NCBI GenBank assembly: GCA_004764695.1
Contig: SMSO01000032.1
Coordinates: forward strand, 5,302,483-5,366,482
Origin: Schizochytrium sp. TIO01
Lineage: Eukaryota; Protista; Bigyra: Labyrinthulomycetes
DNA: 64,000 nucleotides
Direction of reading: 5' to 3'
The translations under genes were made by a program, and so were the position numbers. Below the pieces are notes generated by a model. The model had not been told where the DNA came from. It did not search any database and worked only from the letters and a program-made list of their open reading frames with translations. Positions 50,410 through 62,509 of the stretch are shown here, piece by piece. Every line of letters starts with the position of its first letter. The stretch's first letter is position 1.

Positions 50410-51855
50410 TCACGCCGACCTTCGCCAGAACTCCGTTGCACGCCGGACTTGCGCTCGGCAAGCCCAAAAGTCTTCGTCGAAGAGGGGGTCTTCGCTTCTC
50501 GCCTCGACCAGTTCGTAGCAGTACTGCTGAGGGGTTGGAATTGTAAGGAAGCCTTCTGTACTCTGTGTGCTGAATTCGGCTCTCGTGCGAGAACTGCGCG
50601 TTTTACAACCAGGGTCACTCAAACCTGTGCTTGATCGCGCAGCCTCTAGGGTGCTGGTCTCCTCTTCTGAATTGAGAACGGAATTTAAGCCCTCAGTCCG
50701 CGAAACCTGGGGGCCAAGGACGGTCTCGCGCATGTTCACATCACCGGCTTCAGAAAGGTCGGCAGATCTTAAATGGCGATTCCCCTTAGAGTCTGCCCTT
50801 GGCCCAAGCATGCCGCCTCGGGTGCTGGTGCTTTCGGCGCTGCTCTCCTGCATTAAGTGCATTTGTTGAAGGCTAGTGGGTCCTCCAGGCAAAGAAACAG
50901 TGCACACGCCATTGTCACTCGGATGCAGTCTGCATTGTGCTTGAGTTTGCGAGCGAGTCGAGTTCGACGAAGAAGAAACACTTAGAGAAGGATTTAAAGA
51001 CCCAGAAGAAGAATTACTGGAAGAAGATGGATGGCGGGCGTCCAGAAACGTATCCGCAGACGACGCGATGGCCACCTTAAAGGTCGGTATGGTCCCTACG
51101 AGATTCCTTACGAGTGCTGCTGCGAGGAATAGAACCGCGAATCCAAAGGCCACAAATCGCGCTTGAGAAAGGACATCTGCTTCTTCCGGCCTGCACAGCG
51201 CTGCTGCAGAGAACCTCGCATGGCCCAACGGCTGTGCATACGAGATCCAGGTACAGGCTAGCATCTGCTTACGTCTCGTTTCCTTAATTCGATGCCTTAG
51301 GTTGTTATCCTTTTCATTTGTTTCAAAAAACGACGTTGAGGTCCCAGATCTACCACCGTTTCGATGTCTTGGATCCGAGTGGCTTGAAGCTCCCGCTTCA
51401 GGATTGTCGTCGAAGCTGTTTTGATCATGATCCACGTCGTTTTTAGATATTTCCCCATAAGGATCGGCGTTATCTCTGTTTTTCCTATCATACCCATCAA
51501 CGTCGATGTTGACATCCTCGCTGTAGTTTTCAATTATTTGAGCGGCAAAGACACGGCATTCACGGAGGGAGTCACAGTTCTGCGAGGGCCAGACAAGCGA
51601 GAGCCTCACAAAGCCTTCCCCGTGAGCAACAGAAGGGCGCAGCGCTCCTGGACAGTCGAGTGCGAAGGCTGTTGTTGTCTGCTTGGCTGCATTTCTGCTC
51701 TGGACGGACTTTGCGCTCTCGAAGTCCATCTTCCCGAGCCCGTTCTCTTTGTTTCCACCACTGGGACGCCGCGAAGAAGGACTCTCGCCACTTGCGCTGC
51801 TGCTTGGCGGCGCCCACGCCTGGACCTCCAGCGTGCAGGTGGAGACGAGCGGCAT
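50410..51855 (-). CDS. Hypothetical single-pass membrane protein, largely low-complexity
   Basis: 481-codon ATG ORF in a GC-rich block with one hydrophobic segment (FVAFGFAVLFLAAALV). No family recognised. Confidence 0.55.
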   Translation of the reverse strand: MPLVSTCTLEVQAWAPPSSSASGESPSSRRPSGGNKENGLGKMDFESAKSVQSRNAAKQTTTAFALDCPGALRPSVAHGEGFVRLSLVWPSQNCDSLRECRVFAAQIIENYSEDVNIDVDGYDRKNRDNADPYGEISKNDVDHDQNSFDDNPEAGASSHSDPRHRNGGRSGTSTSFFETNEKDNNLRHRIKETRRKQMLACTWISYAQPLGHARFSAAALCRPEEADVLSQARFVAFGFAVLFLAAALVRNLVGTIPTFKVAIASSADTFLDARHPSSSSNSSSGSLNPSLSVSSSSNSTRSQTQAQCRLHPSDNGVCTVSLPGGPTSLQQMHLMQESSAESTSTRGGMLGPRADSKGNRHLRSADLSEAGDVNMRETVLGPQVSRTEGLNSVLNSEEETSTLEAARSSTGLSDPGCKTRSSRTRAEFSTQSTEGFLTIPTPQQYCYELVEARSEDPLFDEDFWACRAQVRRATEFWRRSA

Positions 51856-52676
51856 CAGAGGCGATGTCCAGCAAAACGATGGAGGTGCGTGCGAGGGTTA
51901 TTTCGAGAATGGTTTGAACGTGACTTCAGAGTTTGAGGAGACAGAAAAATTTGAATTATTCAAATTTTTGAAATTCAAAAATAAGGTTTCAGAGAACTTA
52001 TGAAGAACGGTATGAAGATTGGGTTGTTCTCTCTCTAGGAGAGACCATTTTGGAACGTACGAGTGAAGAAGAACGAAACATAACGAAGCCAGCGCCGAAA
52101 GAAAATAGGAGATTGGAAACAGTTGAGGACAAGGCAGCTGACCAAGCAAGCTAAGCTATTGCAAGGAAATAGCTTTGACAGACTTTGGGAGCCGAAAATG
52201 AGGGTTTAAGGAATTTGATGAATTTTTCCATTAGTGTTAAGCTGACCTTGCAGAAAGGCAAGAGTAATGTGCTTATAGTCCGAATAGATTATTGAGGACT
52301 CTCTCGTTCAAGACCCGGCACAAAAGCGTTCAGCTGAAGAAATAGACAGAGGTAGTATTGAACAGACATAGCCATTTCACAAAGGGTGCGGATTAAACCA
52401 ACATTAAAACAATTGATAAAATGGATTAATGAATGATAAATGAATTGAAGTGGGATAAATAATATAGATTCGTGACATTTCCAAGCAAAAGGAATTGAGG
52501 TTCACATTTGGGTAAAAGAAGTTGCAGAGGATAGTACTTGCAAATAAAGTCATCCAGGCATATACAAAATATGAAGAAGTCTAGTTTATGACAGCAATGG
52601 GGTATAGCTTGCTTGCTTACGTGTATGTGATCCAAACCTTTGCACTTGTGCTAGCTGTTGTGATACGATTAGGATT

Positions 52677-53705
52677 TTAAAGACCCCACATCATGAAGTC
52701 GTGAAGAAGGCCTCCAAGAGGTGCACCGATGAATGGTGCGACAAGGTATACCCACATTCCATTATGAGGTCCAGGGATCGAAATTTCGTCCCAGCCCATT
52801 GAATATGCCACAATGCGGGGGCCAAAGTCACGAGCTGGGTTGATTGAAACCTGCGCAATAGGGGCAAAGACCGACACAAGGCAGGTAATGGTTAATCCAA
52901 TGCAAAAGGCAATGGAGGCCCCTCCAATACGGAGCTGGTGGCGGGGGTCCGTCACTGCAACAACAACAAAAAAGAGAAATCCAGTACAAAACATCTCAAT
53001 ACCAAAGGCACCACCAACAGTAACAGTGTTGGTGGTCCAGCCAGTACTGTCGCTGATAAAACCAGGGTTGGGGAAGTAGCAGTTCAAGGTCGATGCCGTG
53101 AGCTCAGACCCCGGTTGGCCGCGAATAATGCCATCCATGTTCTCTTTTGCAATAATCATATTTTCAAAGATCCCATAAATCACATAGGCACCAATAATAC
53201 CTCCAGCCATTTGGGCAACAATATAAGGCCCAAGCTTCCAGATTGGAAACATCTCTGGGCGAAGTACAGCAAACCCAAAAGAAATCGCAGGATTCAGATG
53301 GGCACCTGATACACTAATGGAGACCAAGACTGCAAGAGCAACAGTGATACCCCAAAGAGCACCAACTGGGAAAAGTCCCGCATATGCCCCAATCGCAGTT
53401 GCTGCGACGTTAACACCAAGGCCAATAGAGCAAATGATACCAGTGCCAATGAATTCACCCATCAGCTGGTGCGCCATCGTAGGTGGGCGCATCTCGTCAG
53501 GAGACTCTGTAGGATTGCCGCGAATCGTATGACGAATAAAGTTCACGTATCTACGGTGGAGAGAAGGCGCATCATACTCATCATCACTAGTTGTTTTGCT
53601 TGGTTCAACAATGATGTCCTTAACTTTACGCGATTCCTCATGCTCAGCAGCACTGTTGAGGTCCATCATCGAGGTTGCTTGGGGGTCTTCATCATGCAAA
53701 GCCAT
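52677..53705 (-). CDS. Aquaglyceroporin (MIP family), paralogue A
   Basis: GEFIGT, SGAHLNPAIS, QMAGG, SINPARDFGPR (the Asp after NPAR is typical of GLPs), WVYLVAPFIGA. Confidence 0.95.
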   Translation of the reverse strand: MALHDEDPQATSMMDLNSAAEHEESRKVKDIIVEPSKTTSDDEYDAPSLHRRYVNFIRHTIRGNPTESPDEMRPPTMAHQLMGEFIGTGIICSIGLGVNVAATAIGAYAGLFPVGALWGITVALAVLVSISVSGAHLNPAISFGFAVLRPEMFPIWKLGPYIVAQMAGGIIGAYVIYGIFENMIIAKENMDGIIRGQPGSELTASTLNCYFPNPGFISDSTGWTTNTVTVGGAFGIEMFCTGFLFFVVVAVTDPRHQLRIGGASIAFCIGLTITCLVSVFAPIAQVSINPARDFGPRIVAYSMGWDEISIPGPHNGMWVYLVAPFIGAPLGGLLHDFMMWGL

Positions 53706-56700
53706 TTTTTTATAGTCTTGGTCTTTTGGGCACGATTCTTTTCAAACAGCACAAGCTCTTATAACTAAAAGACACGTATGCTTTTGTATGCTTTGACTGG
53801 TTTGGGAGATATGGTTTTGCTTGCTATCGAAACTTTGGTTTTCAGCTCCAGATGAAGATTTGTAATACAAGTATGCTTCTTTAATCGTATTGGAAGCAGC
53901 CCTTATCATCATAAGAACTTCTAAGGCAACCGAAAGCTTATATCGTAACTTTTAAGCTACCCTGGTAAGGTTTCCAGTAGCCTCTATTTAGGCATTTAGC
54001 TGGGATGCAAAGTGTTTCTTTCATACTGGTTGTCAGTGATGAAGTGAGGACAAATAGCATGGAATACAAACGATCCAACGCAACTGCTCTCTGCTAATTG
54101 TCGCAAAAAGTTAATTCCTTGTAATCACCAAAGAGGTATCCAAAAAGAGACGGACGACACAGCCGTAGCCATATCCGGCGTGCGATCAGATCCTGGCGAG
54201 CAGGATTATGAACTGTACGACTTGAAACCTTCGTTATCACCAGGACTCCTCCCTAAGTCTCACGGTTCGTACTAGAGAGTTTTGCTCTTTCAGCCTTCTC
54301 TAAGCCCCTGATAACATCCATACTTTTCTCCGTTGCTACTCAGGGCTGGAGAAGACGTGCGTTTCTAATCCCATGCGGCATTGCCGATGATGTTTCCCCA
54401 AACTACCAATCTGTTATTAGGATGCTACCACCGCGCTCGCAATTCTTGGACTGCAACAGACTCCCTGTTTTTGTCTCCTCTGTAATAGCTTTTAATTTTT
54501 TCATCTACAAAACTTTCAATGTTAAGAGAAGTAAAAGTTTATTTTATCTTTACTCATTTAATTTTTTATTTAATTTTTAAAATGACCATGAATATAAAAA
54601 CTGTTAAAATATTAGAGGAGGCACAGAAAGACATTCCTGCAAACCCTTCCAATACATCATTTTTCAAACGCGCAAAGTTAATTACTGTGAACAGCTCACA
54701 AATGGTTGTTCTTTGAAGTGCGCAATAGAGGTCTTCGTTAAAAAATAATAATAAAAGGAGGGAGGAACGAAGGTCTTCATTCGCTTACGTTCTTTCGGAG
54801 GAAATTAAACTTGATACTGACTTGAAGGATAGCCAAATAGGAATCATTTTAGAACTAGTTGGGCTAACTCAAGCTCTGCCAGCTTTAATTTTTCCCACGC
54901 GTATGCGTCGCCTTGCAATTGCCAGATCGCTCGGAGTGCTCCCGTATCCGGATGTCGAATGGACCGTCTGTGCTAGACAATGCCTTTATGGCTATTGCTA
55001 TCATTATATATACGTAACTGGCTACCAGAGAATATTAAAAAAATCACTCATGATTAATTTTGGAAGATGTTTTTACCCAGTCTAAACATCGTAGTATCTA
55101 GTAGATACGAGCATGTTCGCTTTATTCAATTAAAAAGAATAAAGAATAACTAAAAGCTTCGTTTATTTTTTTTAAATTAATATTATTTATTTATATATAT
55201 TTTTAATTAATAATAAACAATTGAAAGTCCAAATTATAGTGGTGGAAAGAAAAGCAAGAGCTTAAACTTGGCACTTGTCTCTTCTCTTCTTCTCTTTTGC
55301 AGTTTAGTACTACTATTCCTCCTAGCCAAAGGAACGAAAATGGATCTGTGCTTCGACCCGTTGTGATCCAAGTTCTACCCTGCAAATACATCCATGAACC
55401 GGCCACTAAGTCAACGTCCTTCTAAAGTTCTTCAAGTTTGCGACCCGCTTGAATGCATAGCAGCGTTAGCCTTTCTCTCTTTCTTTCTTTCTTTCTGTCT
55501 GTCTTTCTTCTTTGAACAAATAAAAGTAGGCTGCTTCAGGTGACTTCAAGACACCGGTACGCCCTAAAGCCAATATGCCCTCATGAAGCGGAATGAATGA
55601 GGACAAAGTTTTACATAACCTGAAGAAAAAATGTACGATCTCCGCGGTCACTATAAAACATGATCTCCTCTATATTACATCTATAACTATTAGAAAAAGA
55701 AATGAAAAAAATTAAAAATTAAAAATTAAGAACTAAAAAACTACAAAAATGAGATTAAGAAAAGTGAAACAAGGCATTCTCAGTTTACACTGTGCATACC
55801 TCATTATCTTTACGCCAAAGCAAATAGCTCACTGCCGAAGGTGCATCTCTGTTCCCTCTCTGAGGCGTACGTATGCGACATTGCTTCTTCTCATCGTCGT
55901 ATGTTGTCGCTTCTGTGTCAGACTGTGAAGAGAATAGAATCGAGCAATTATGAGCTCCTGGGAGAAAGAGCTGTCATATTCGTCCCATAAAGGCAACAAA
56001 TAGCCTTTTCGCAGCGTATACGTTGTGTTGTCTGCAGAAGCGCAGTTCTGATTATGCAAAGCAGTGCAATGGCAGTCCAGATATCTTTGCTTTGTAGCTC
56101 TACCCGAGAAGCGCTTCAAGTATATCTCTAATTAAGGTTTTCAATGAATTGAGGCGGACATAGAGCAAAGAGTGGTGGCAGGACCAAAGAGATAGCTAGG
56201 CACTAGTTCACGCTCGAAATGTGCATTCCATGAACTCGGAGAGTAAATGATAGAGCAGAAAGAAAACCTGGGGAGAGATTGTCTTTGCTTGATCGGAGAG
56301 GCGAAGACGAGTAGAACTAACAAACGGTTGTTTGTCGGTTGTCAGCCCATGAAAATTCGCAAGATGTTTACACTTGCGAATTAGGTACTAGTTACTACCT
56401 AGGTAGCAACTTGTCACCAGCCAGGAAAGCTCAGTGCTAGATACTACTTATCTACCTTTCTACCATGATGACAGTAGCTCTCACGAGTCAGAGGCTCTTC
56501 CTAGCAATTCTTCTACTTAGGGCAAAATCTCAGGGTAGTGATAATTCTAAATCACATGGCAGTAGAGTGCTTTGAATTAAGCCTATCCTCCGAGGATGAA
56601 TCGAAAAGAGCACCCTTTACGGGATACTTCAAGGATTTGGCTGTTCAACTGGATCGAATACGCGTGGGCCTGTTACTATCGCAGCTGCTTTTGCACCACC

Positions 56701-58803
56701 ACGATCAAGCTACCGTCGTTTGGAGTGAACACCATTGCTCGAAAGCATCTTTAATATCTACCGATTTGATTGGGAGCTATCGTGATCCAAAATTCCGTGA
56801 AGGTCTCCTCACTTTCCTGCCTCCGTGTCCGTATGCTTGATTGACCATAATGCTCAAGCCTACCAAGTTGGTGGCACCCCACTTGAAATGTGCTACCAGA
56901 TTCATCAAAGGGTTTTTTAAAGATATAGCTCAAGCAGGCGAATCTGAAAAACGCCAAAGTACCATAATCATAATGGTGATTGTTAAGACCATCTGTATAT
57001 CCAATCATGAGGCATAAGAAAGCTGCTAGCGGTGTCCTCGTGGGGCGTAATATGTCATGAATAGAGTACGCTTCCTCCTCGGCTTTTCCATGAAGAGATT
57101 TATTTTATATAAGTAGGTGTATTTGCACCTATTTTGGTTGCACATTTGTATCTGGGCCATTTAATCAACCAAACTTTATGGCACTGCTTGCGAAGCTATA
57201 CGTTTCACATTCAGCGTGGCAAGGTGGCAAACGACCCGCGGAGATTGAGTTCATGCGAACGGGGGTAGTTATCCCACAAAGCTCTTCTAAACCACCAAAT
57301 GTTCTGCATTCACCTCGTAGATTTTGACGAAAGTATAACAATGCGTCAAGTATTTCCATCATTTTACTTGGCAGCTGTTGTGGCCAAAGCACGTACATCG
57401 TATGTAAATTTAACCATAAAAGATTGTTGCAGAAAGATCTGCAAGACTATCCCCTTGTCTAAATTTTCAAATCAAAATTAAACTGCTAAAATCTGATGAC
57501 GCCGAGAGTTGATTGTCTCGATTCGGACCATTCTCGCTGAGGGTACATTTGCATCATCATTTGCTATTGACTAGCTTGAACAAATTGAATCAGGCATCTA
57601 AAAATGTTGCAAGCTAACATATTGCCCAAGCTAAAACATGTATTAGTTGTTGATTCGTTATTCAAGTATTGTTGTAATTTTTATTTAATTTTTATAATCT
57701 TAGGTGCCGTATTTTCATGATATACTTCGATCAAAAGTTAAACGTCCGCACAAATTATCCCCTGCAAATCCTACTTGTATTTGAGAAGACACCTTATTTC
57801 GTCAATAGGTCTAATCGAATCCAAATCATACATTAATGAAATCATACGATAATTTTAAAATGGTAAAAGGCTGATTTAAATTCATTTCATAGGAGGGCCA
57901 GGCCATCAATATGATTTGCCAGAGCATATCGAAGAGCTGGGGATAGGCAATCCTATAGTGATTTTACTGGTAATAGTGGGAGGACAGACGACACAATTTT
58001 TCTGGCAAACAAAATTATTGCAACTGCACACCTCGTCTTTTTTACTCTTATAACTTCTACTCCTTAATCCTATCTCTTCGTCCACGATGCGCAACTTTAT
58101 AGGTAATTGAAGAATTTATAAGGTAGGTATTGGAGTGAGAAGGACGGAAGTGGCATACACCGACTCTTCTCTCCACTAATCATTACTACTGTCACAGTCT
58201 TGCAAGTTGATTTGACTGCCGGGAACCAAGGACGAAGATCGAACCGGTGTGATTTATATTATTTTTTTCAATAACATTTTAATTTTTTTATTATTAAATT
58301 AAAATATTATTGTTAATCATAGATTTTAGGCTTCTTTTTCACTGGTGCTTTGGTATATCAAGAGAGGTCGTGTGCTTTTAGAGAAAGCAAAAGATCAACA
58401 AGCGAGCGTTTCCACAACTCCAGGCTGCCTTTTCGACACCAAGTCCCCAATCTAAAGTACCGCAAATGCATAAATACGAAGAAGCTCCATGCCTTAGTTA
58501 TAATGCATTAGCTGCATTTCAAAGAGATGGTTGTAGTTCACACTCTAAGTGTTTACTGGTGCCAATTACTTAGAAAAAGTACGCTTGTAAAATAATGCTT
58601 TCGCTATGTTAGTAATCAAACTAGTCAAAATACTACAAAGGGGATGCCACGTGCTCGTCGGTGAATGGATCTGTTCGCTGTGCTCGATCAACGTGACATA
58701 CTCAGAGTATCTATCTCCTCTGACCTTTAATAAAGTAGACGTGTCTTTTTTCTGAGTGAAGCCTTTTCTTTAAGGGATTTTAATTTAAAAGTTAACGATT
58801 TAA

Positions 58804-58825
58804 ATATATATATATATATATATAT
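58804..58825. repeat. (AT)11 microsatellite
   Basis: atatatatatatatatatatat. Confidence 0.9.
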
Positions 58826-61800
58826 CTACATCAATATAATAATTTTAATTGAAGTTGAAACTTGGAAGCTGGCAGGGAATTGTTGACATCATCATTTTAA
58901 AACAGCCTCTTCTATCAAAGCTGTCCAAACTCATCGATAGAAGCCAAGCATGATCGAGATAAGACAACGAGAAAGGGTAGGATCAGACTATCATTGGGGC
59001 CTTCATGAGCTGTTTTCACCTCAGATTATGGTGTTTTGCTCGAGTTGGGCAGCACCATGCGAAGAGTGCAAAAGTCCAAGTTCTTACTGGTAGCACGCCC
59101 TGATTTTTTGTATTTGTTCTGCTGAAAAGCACTTCCACTTCTTCACGGAGCTCAGCTCTAAGGATCTCACGGACAATCATCCTAATTGTTTCAGAGGTTG
59201 TTTCATCGTGGGGCGAGCACACCAATACTCGTATTAGACATAGGTAGTGGCTTCACTGACATGCTTTATAAGCCTCATTGAGCTCCCTGTATCAGGATAT
59301 AGATGATGTCTGTGCCCTTCAAAGGGCTTCGTTCCTCGCTCCCACCGCACTCGAAGACGGAAGAGATTCGAGACAAGAATAAAATCTCAAGCTTCAACTT
59401 CTTTGCATGCTAAGTTGTGCTGAGAACTTGAATTTGTTGATGGCCAGGAGATTCACAAATGGCAATAGCACTTTCAACTACATCATGCATTCCTCTGGTT
59501 TCATAGTTTTCACGGACTCTTCTTTCCTTCTAGGGACTTACATGCATACGGCATCAGGATACAACGTGGTATGTCACTGCCTATGCCACGTGAAAGGACA
59601 TTGCAGATAGATGAGGGGTTTGTGCTCAGGTTGGCATATCTCTTGAAATCCTGCTTAGATTTGCGGTACTAAAAAACAAAACTCACTTGGCAATGAAAAA
59701 AAACAAAAAAACATTATCTTAATTTAAAAAAAACATGAGTTTGGAAGCCAGAAACCATGAGTAGAGAACTACTACTCTAATTTTCAGTAAAGTGGAGGAA
59801 ACCTTTTTGTTATTTTTAATTTTCTCTTATGTAAAAATATATATAGGGTTATTTTATTATATTATCTTAAAATTAATGAAATCAAATCGTAAAAAAAGTT
59901 TTAAAAAATCGAGTACATAGAGTATCCCCCTATTTGATTTAATTATTCGCGGATGCGGGTTCTTACGCAAAACGCTTCCTGTGGGCCACTTTCTCGTTGA
60001 ATCGATACTAGTCTTAGAAGAGAAAACGTTATAAACGAGATTTTAAAACAGTTTATCTGAAGAAAAAGAAAAAGAAAACGAGTAATTGCACAAGGCTACC
60101 ACTACTGTTGCGTTCATACTAAAATCTCGACAGCAGCATCTCGAAGTCAAGATATCACCCGAAAGTTTACACATTAGCTCGGAGACTACTCGGGTCTCTA
60201 ATGGCTTTACCTATGGCACCTGATTCGCATAGAATTATGCAAAACGCTAGGGATACAGTCAGGTCCAAGATACGAAAACCAGGACTGCATCAGAATGTCT
60301 CAACCCGGAGAACTGCCGGGCAAGCGCGAACTCTAAGAAGGACGTTCGGGTAGTCTTAATTTTCACGCTCAGGTGAGCAGCAAACCTCAATATCGGTGCG
60401 ATGGGAGGCTGAGGACCACAATTTGCAACTTGTTTTGATACAATTAGCCGTTTTATAAATATATTGGCTTGGTTCGTCCCCGACAACAGAGCGGCAGAGA
60501 GGTAAACCCTGGCAATACTAATAATGCAAAGCAATATGATGCCTCTCTTTAACCTCTTGCATTAGGGAAGGCATCGTTTATATCAGAAATTCCATGCCAG
60601 TGATAGACCTTAGAGCCCCGCTTAACCTTCCTCTCGTCTAATCATCACTATTTGAAACATGGCTCTAGAAAATGCTGTTGTTGTCTTGCATGGAAGAATT
60701 TTGGCAATGAATGTGTTATGAAAGAATCACAATTCATATTCATTAATTTGAAACCTTTAAATGCATTTCTTGTGCACCTGCAGTATCTTGCATGAATGCA
60801 AGTATTGGGCGAGAATTCAATAAGCACAGTGATGGTATCTACCTTCACCTTGGCGCAACTTTGTGTGAAAGATATGTGACACAGAACAATGGTTGTTTTT
60901 GGCATTTGAACTTCTTGGAGTTTCAGAGAATGAGCTGTATTCAACTTTGAATTGTTTCAATATTAATAGGAGCGGTATGTAATTAATGCAGTGTTCTACT
61001 CAACCGTGGCTCCTATGTTAGATAAACGCTAACCTTTGCACAAATTTCAAGCGATAGATTTCAAATGACTGTTATCTTAGGCAATGCTTTTCTAGCAATA
61101 TTTAGCTGAACAAGACATTAGTCATCGAAAATTAACGTATACACTCTGTGTGAACTACCTTAAAATCTCGCGTCTCTCACCATTGCACAACTTCAAAAAG
61201 ACATACGATGCGGCACCATATCTTCCATGAGGACGATCTGAATTGCTGAGCCTCTCAACATTGCACGAGGCTCTAAAACCATGCGGCCTAGCTTCGCAGA
61301 TGTTTAAAATGAGTAAACTAGGTTGCAAGATTATTGCTGGAATTGGACAGTTTTCTAGCCTTAACTTGAAGTAAAGGCACTCCTATTTATTAAAAATCAG
61401 AGTGTCCAATGAGTAGAAATATTCAAGAACTCATATTACGAGATATAGGATTTCTATATATCAACTTCACGTAGGATGAAAATGAACTGGTGGCTGGAGG
61501 GCAATCGTTGCGTGTCGGAGCGTCCGAGAATGTTCCTTGGACAAAATTTGGTGATGCTTAAGACATTCACATAAGGTTTCTAGCAGAAAATCATTTGCAA
61601 CCGCGCACGATTCAATCAACCTTTCTCTGGGACAATCAGTGTCCAACTCAAGTTAAATGAGTCTTGTGATAGATTTTCCCTTCATATAGTATATCGTGCT
61701 GTGCCACGTTTCTTTGCTGCTTACGTGTCATGAGAGAACATCCAGCATCAATAAAGCCCTTAGCACCCTTTCTCCTCTTAGATGTATAGCATACCCACAA

Positions 61801-62509
61801 AAAAGAAATCAATGCGTAGCGCTAAGAATGTCTATGTATAGACACATGTTCCTCTTTAGTCCAAGCAGATTTTTGCAGTATGAATTGTTTTATGACGAGT
61901 GAGTATGAAATATTCTCCTTAAGATCTAGTATAGGAGCATAGCTAGAGTTTAGGCGTACTTATTGGAGCTAAACGGCGCTTATCGTTTAAGCCATCGCCA
62001 TGTTAGTTCTGAAATCAGCTAGTCGCTCTTACAATGGCTAATAGACTTTCCTTTGCGCTTGGCTTTTTACAATGATTCTTGAAATTAGTACTAGTGATCT
62101 TACTTCTGCAGAACATCATGTGATCTGAAAAACAATTTTAGTAAACTTATGGTTTTATAACCACGTGTGGCTTGAAAATCAACACTTGTACATTCAAGAC
62201 TTTAAATTGCTCTCAGAGAAGAACATTGAGGGTAGATAGAACATAACAACACAAAGAGGCATCAAAGGTACACATTTGCTTGAATAAAATTATAATAAAT
62301 TAACTCAGAAAAAATTATGAATGGTATTAACCTGCTCATGGCAAAGCTAACCCCCCCTTTTTTTAAAGGAAGAGAAAGTCGTGATCGTGATGAATTCTTG
62401 CAAAGTAGATTGAAGACAGAGTCTGGCTAGAGAAGACATTAGAGACGAGTGCGCAATAACGGTACAAAAGCTCCAAAGTGCTGGTTTGCTCATTACGGCA
62501 TAACATAAC

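Noticed and set aside
58456-59670. 12-bp inverted repeat AGTACCGCAAAT / ATTTGCGGTACT about 1.2 kb apart as possible transposon TIRs
   Set aside because: It does not extend, no target-site duplication or transposase is evident, and a few such 12-mers are expected by chance in 64 kb.
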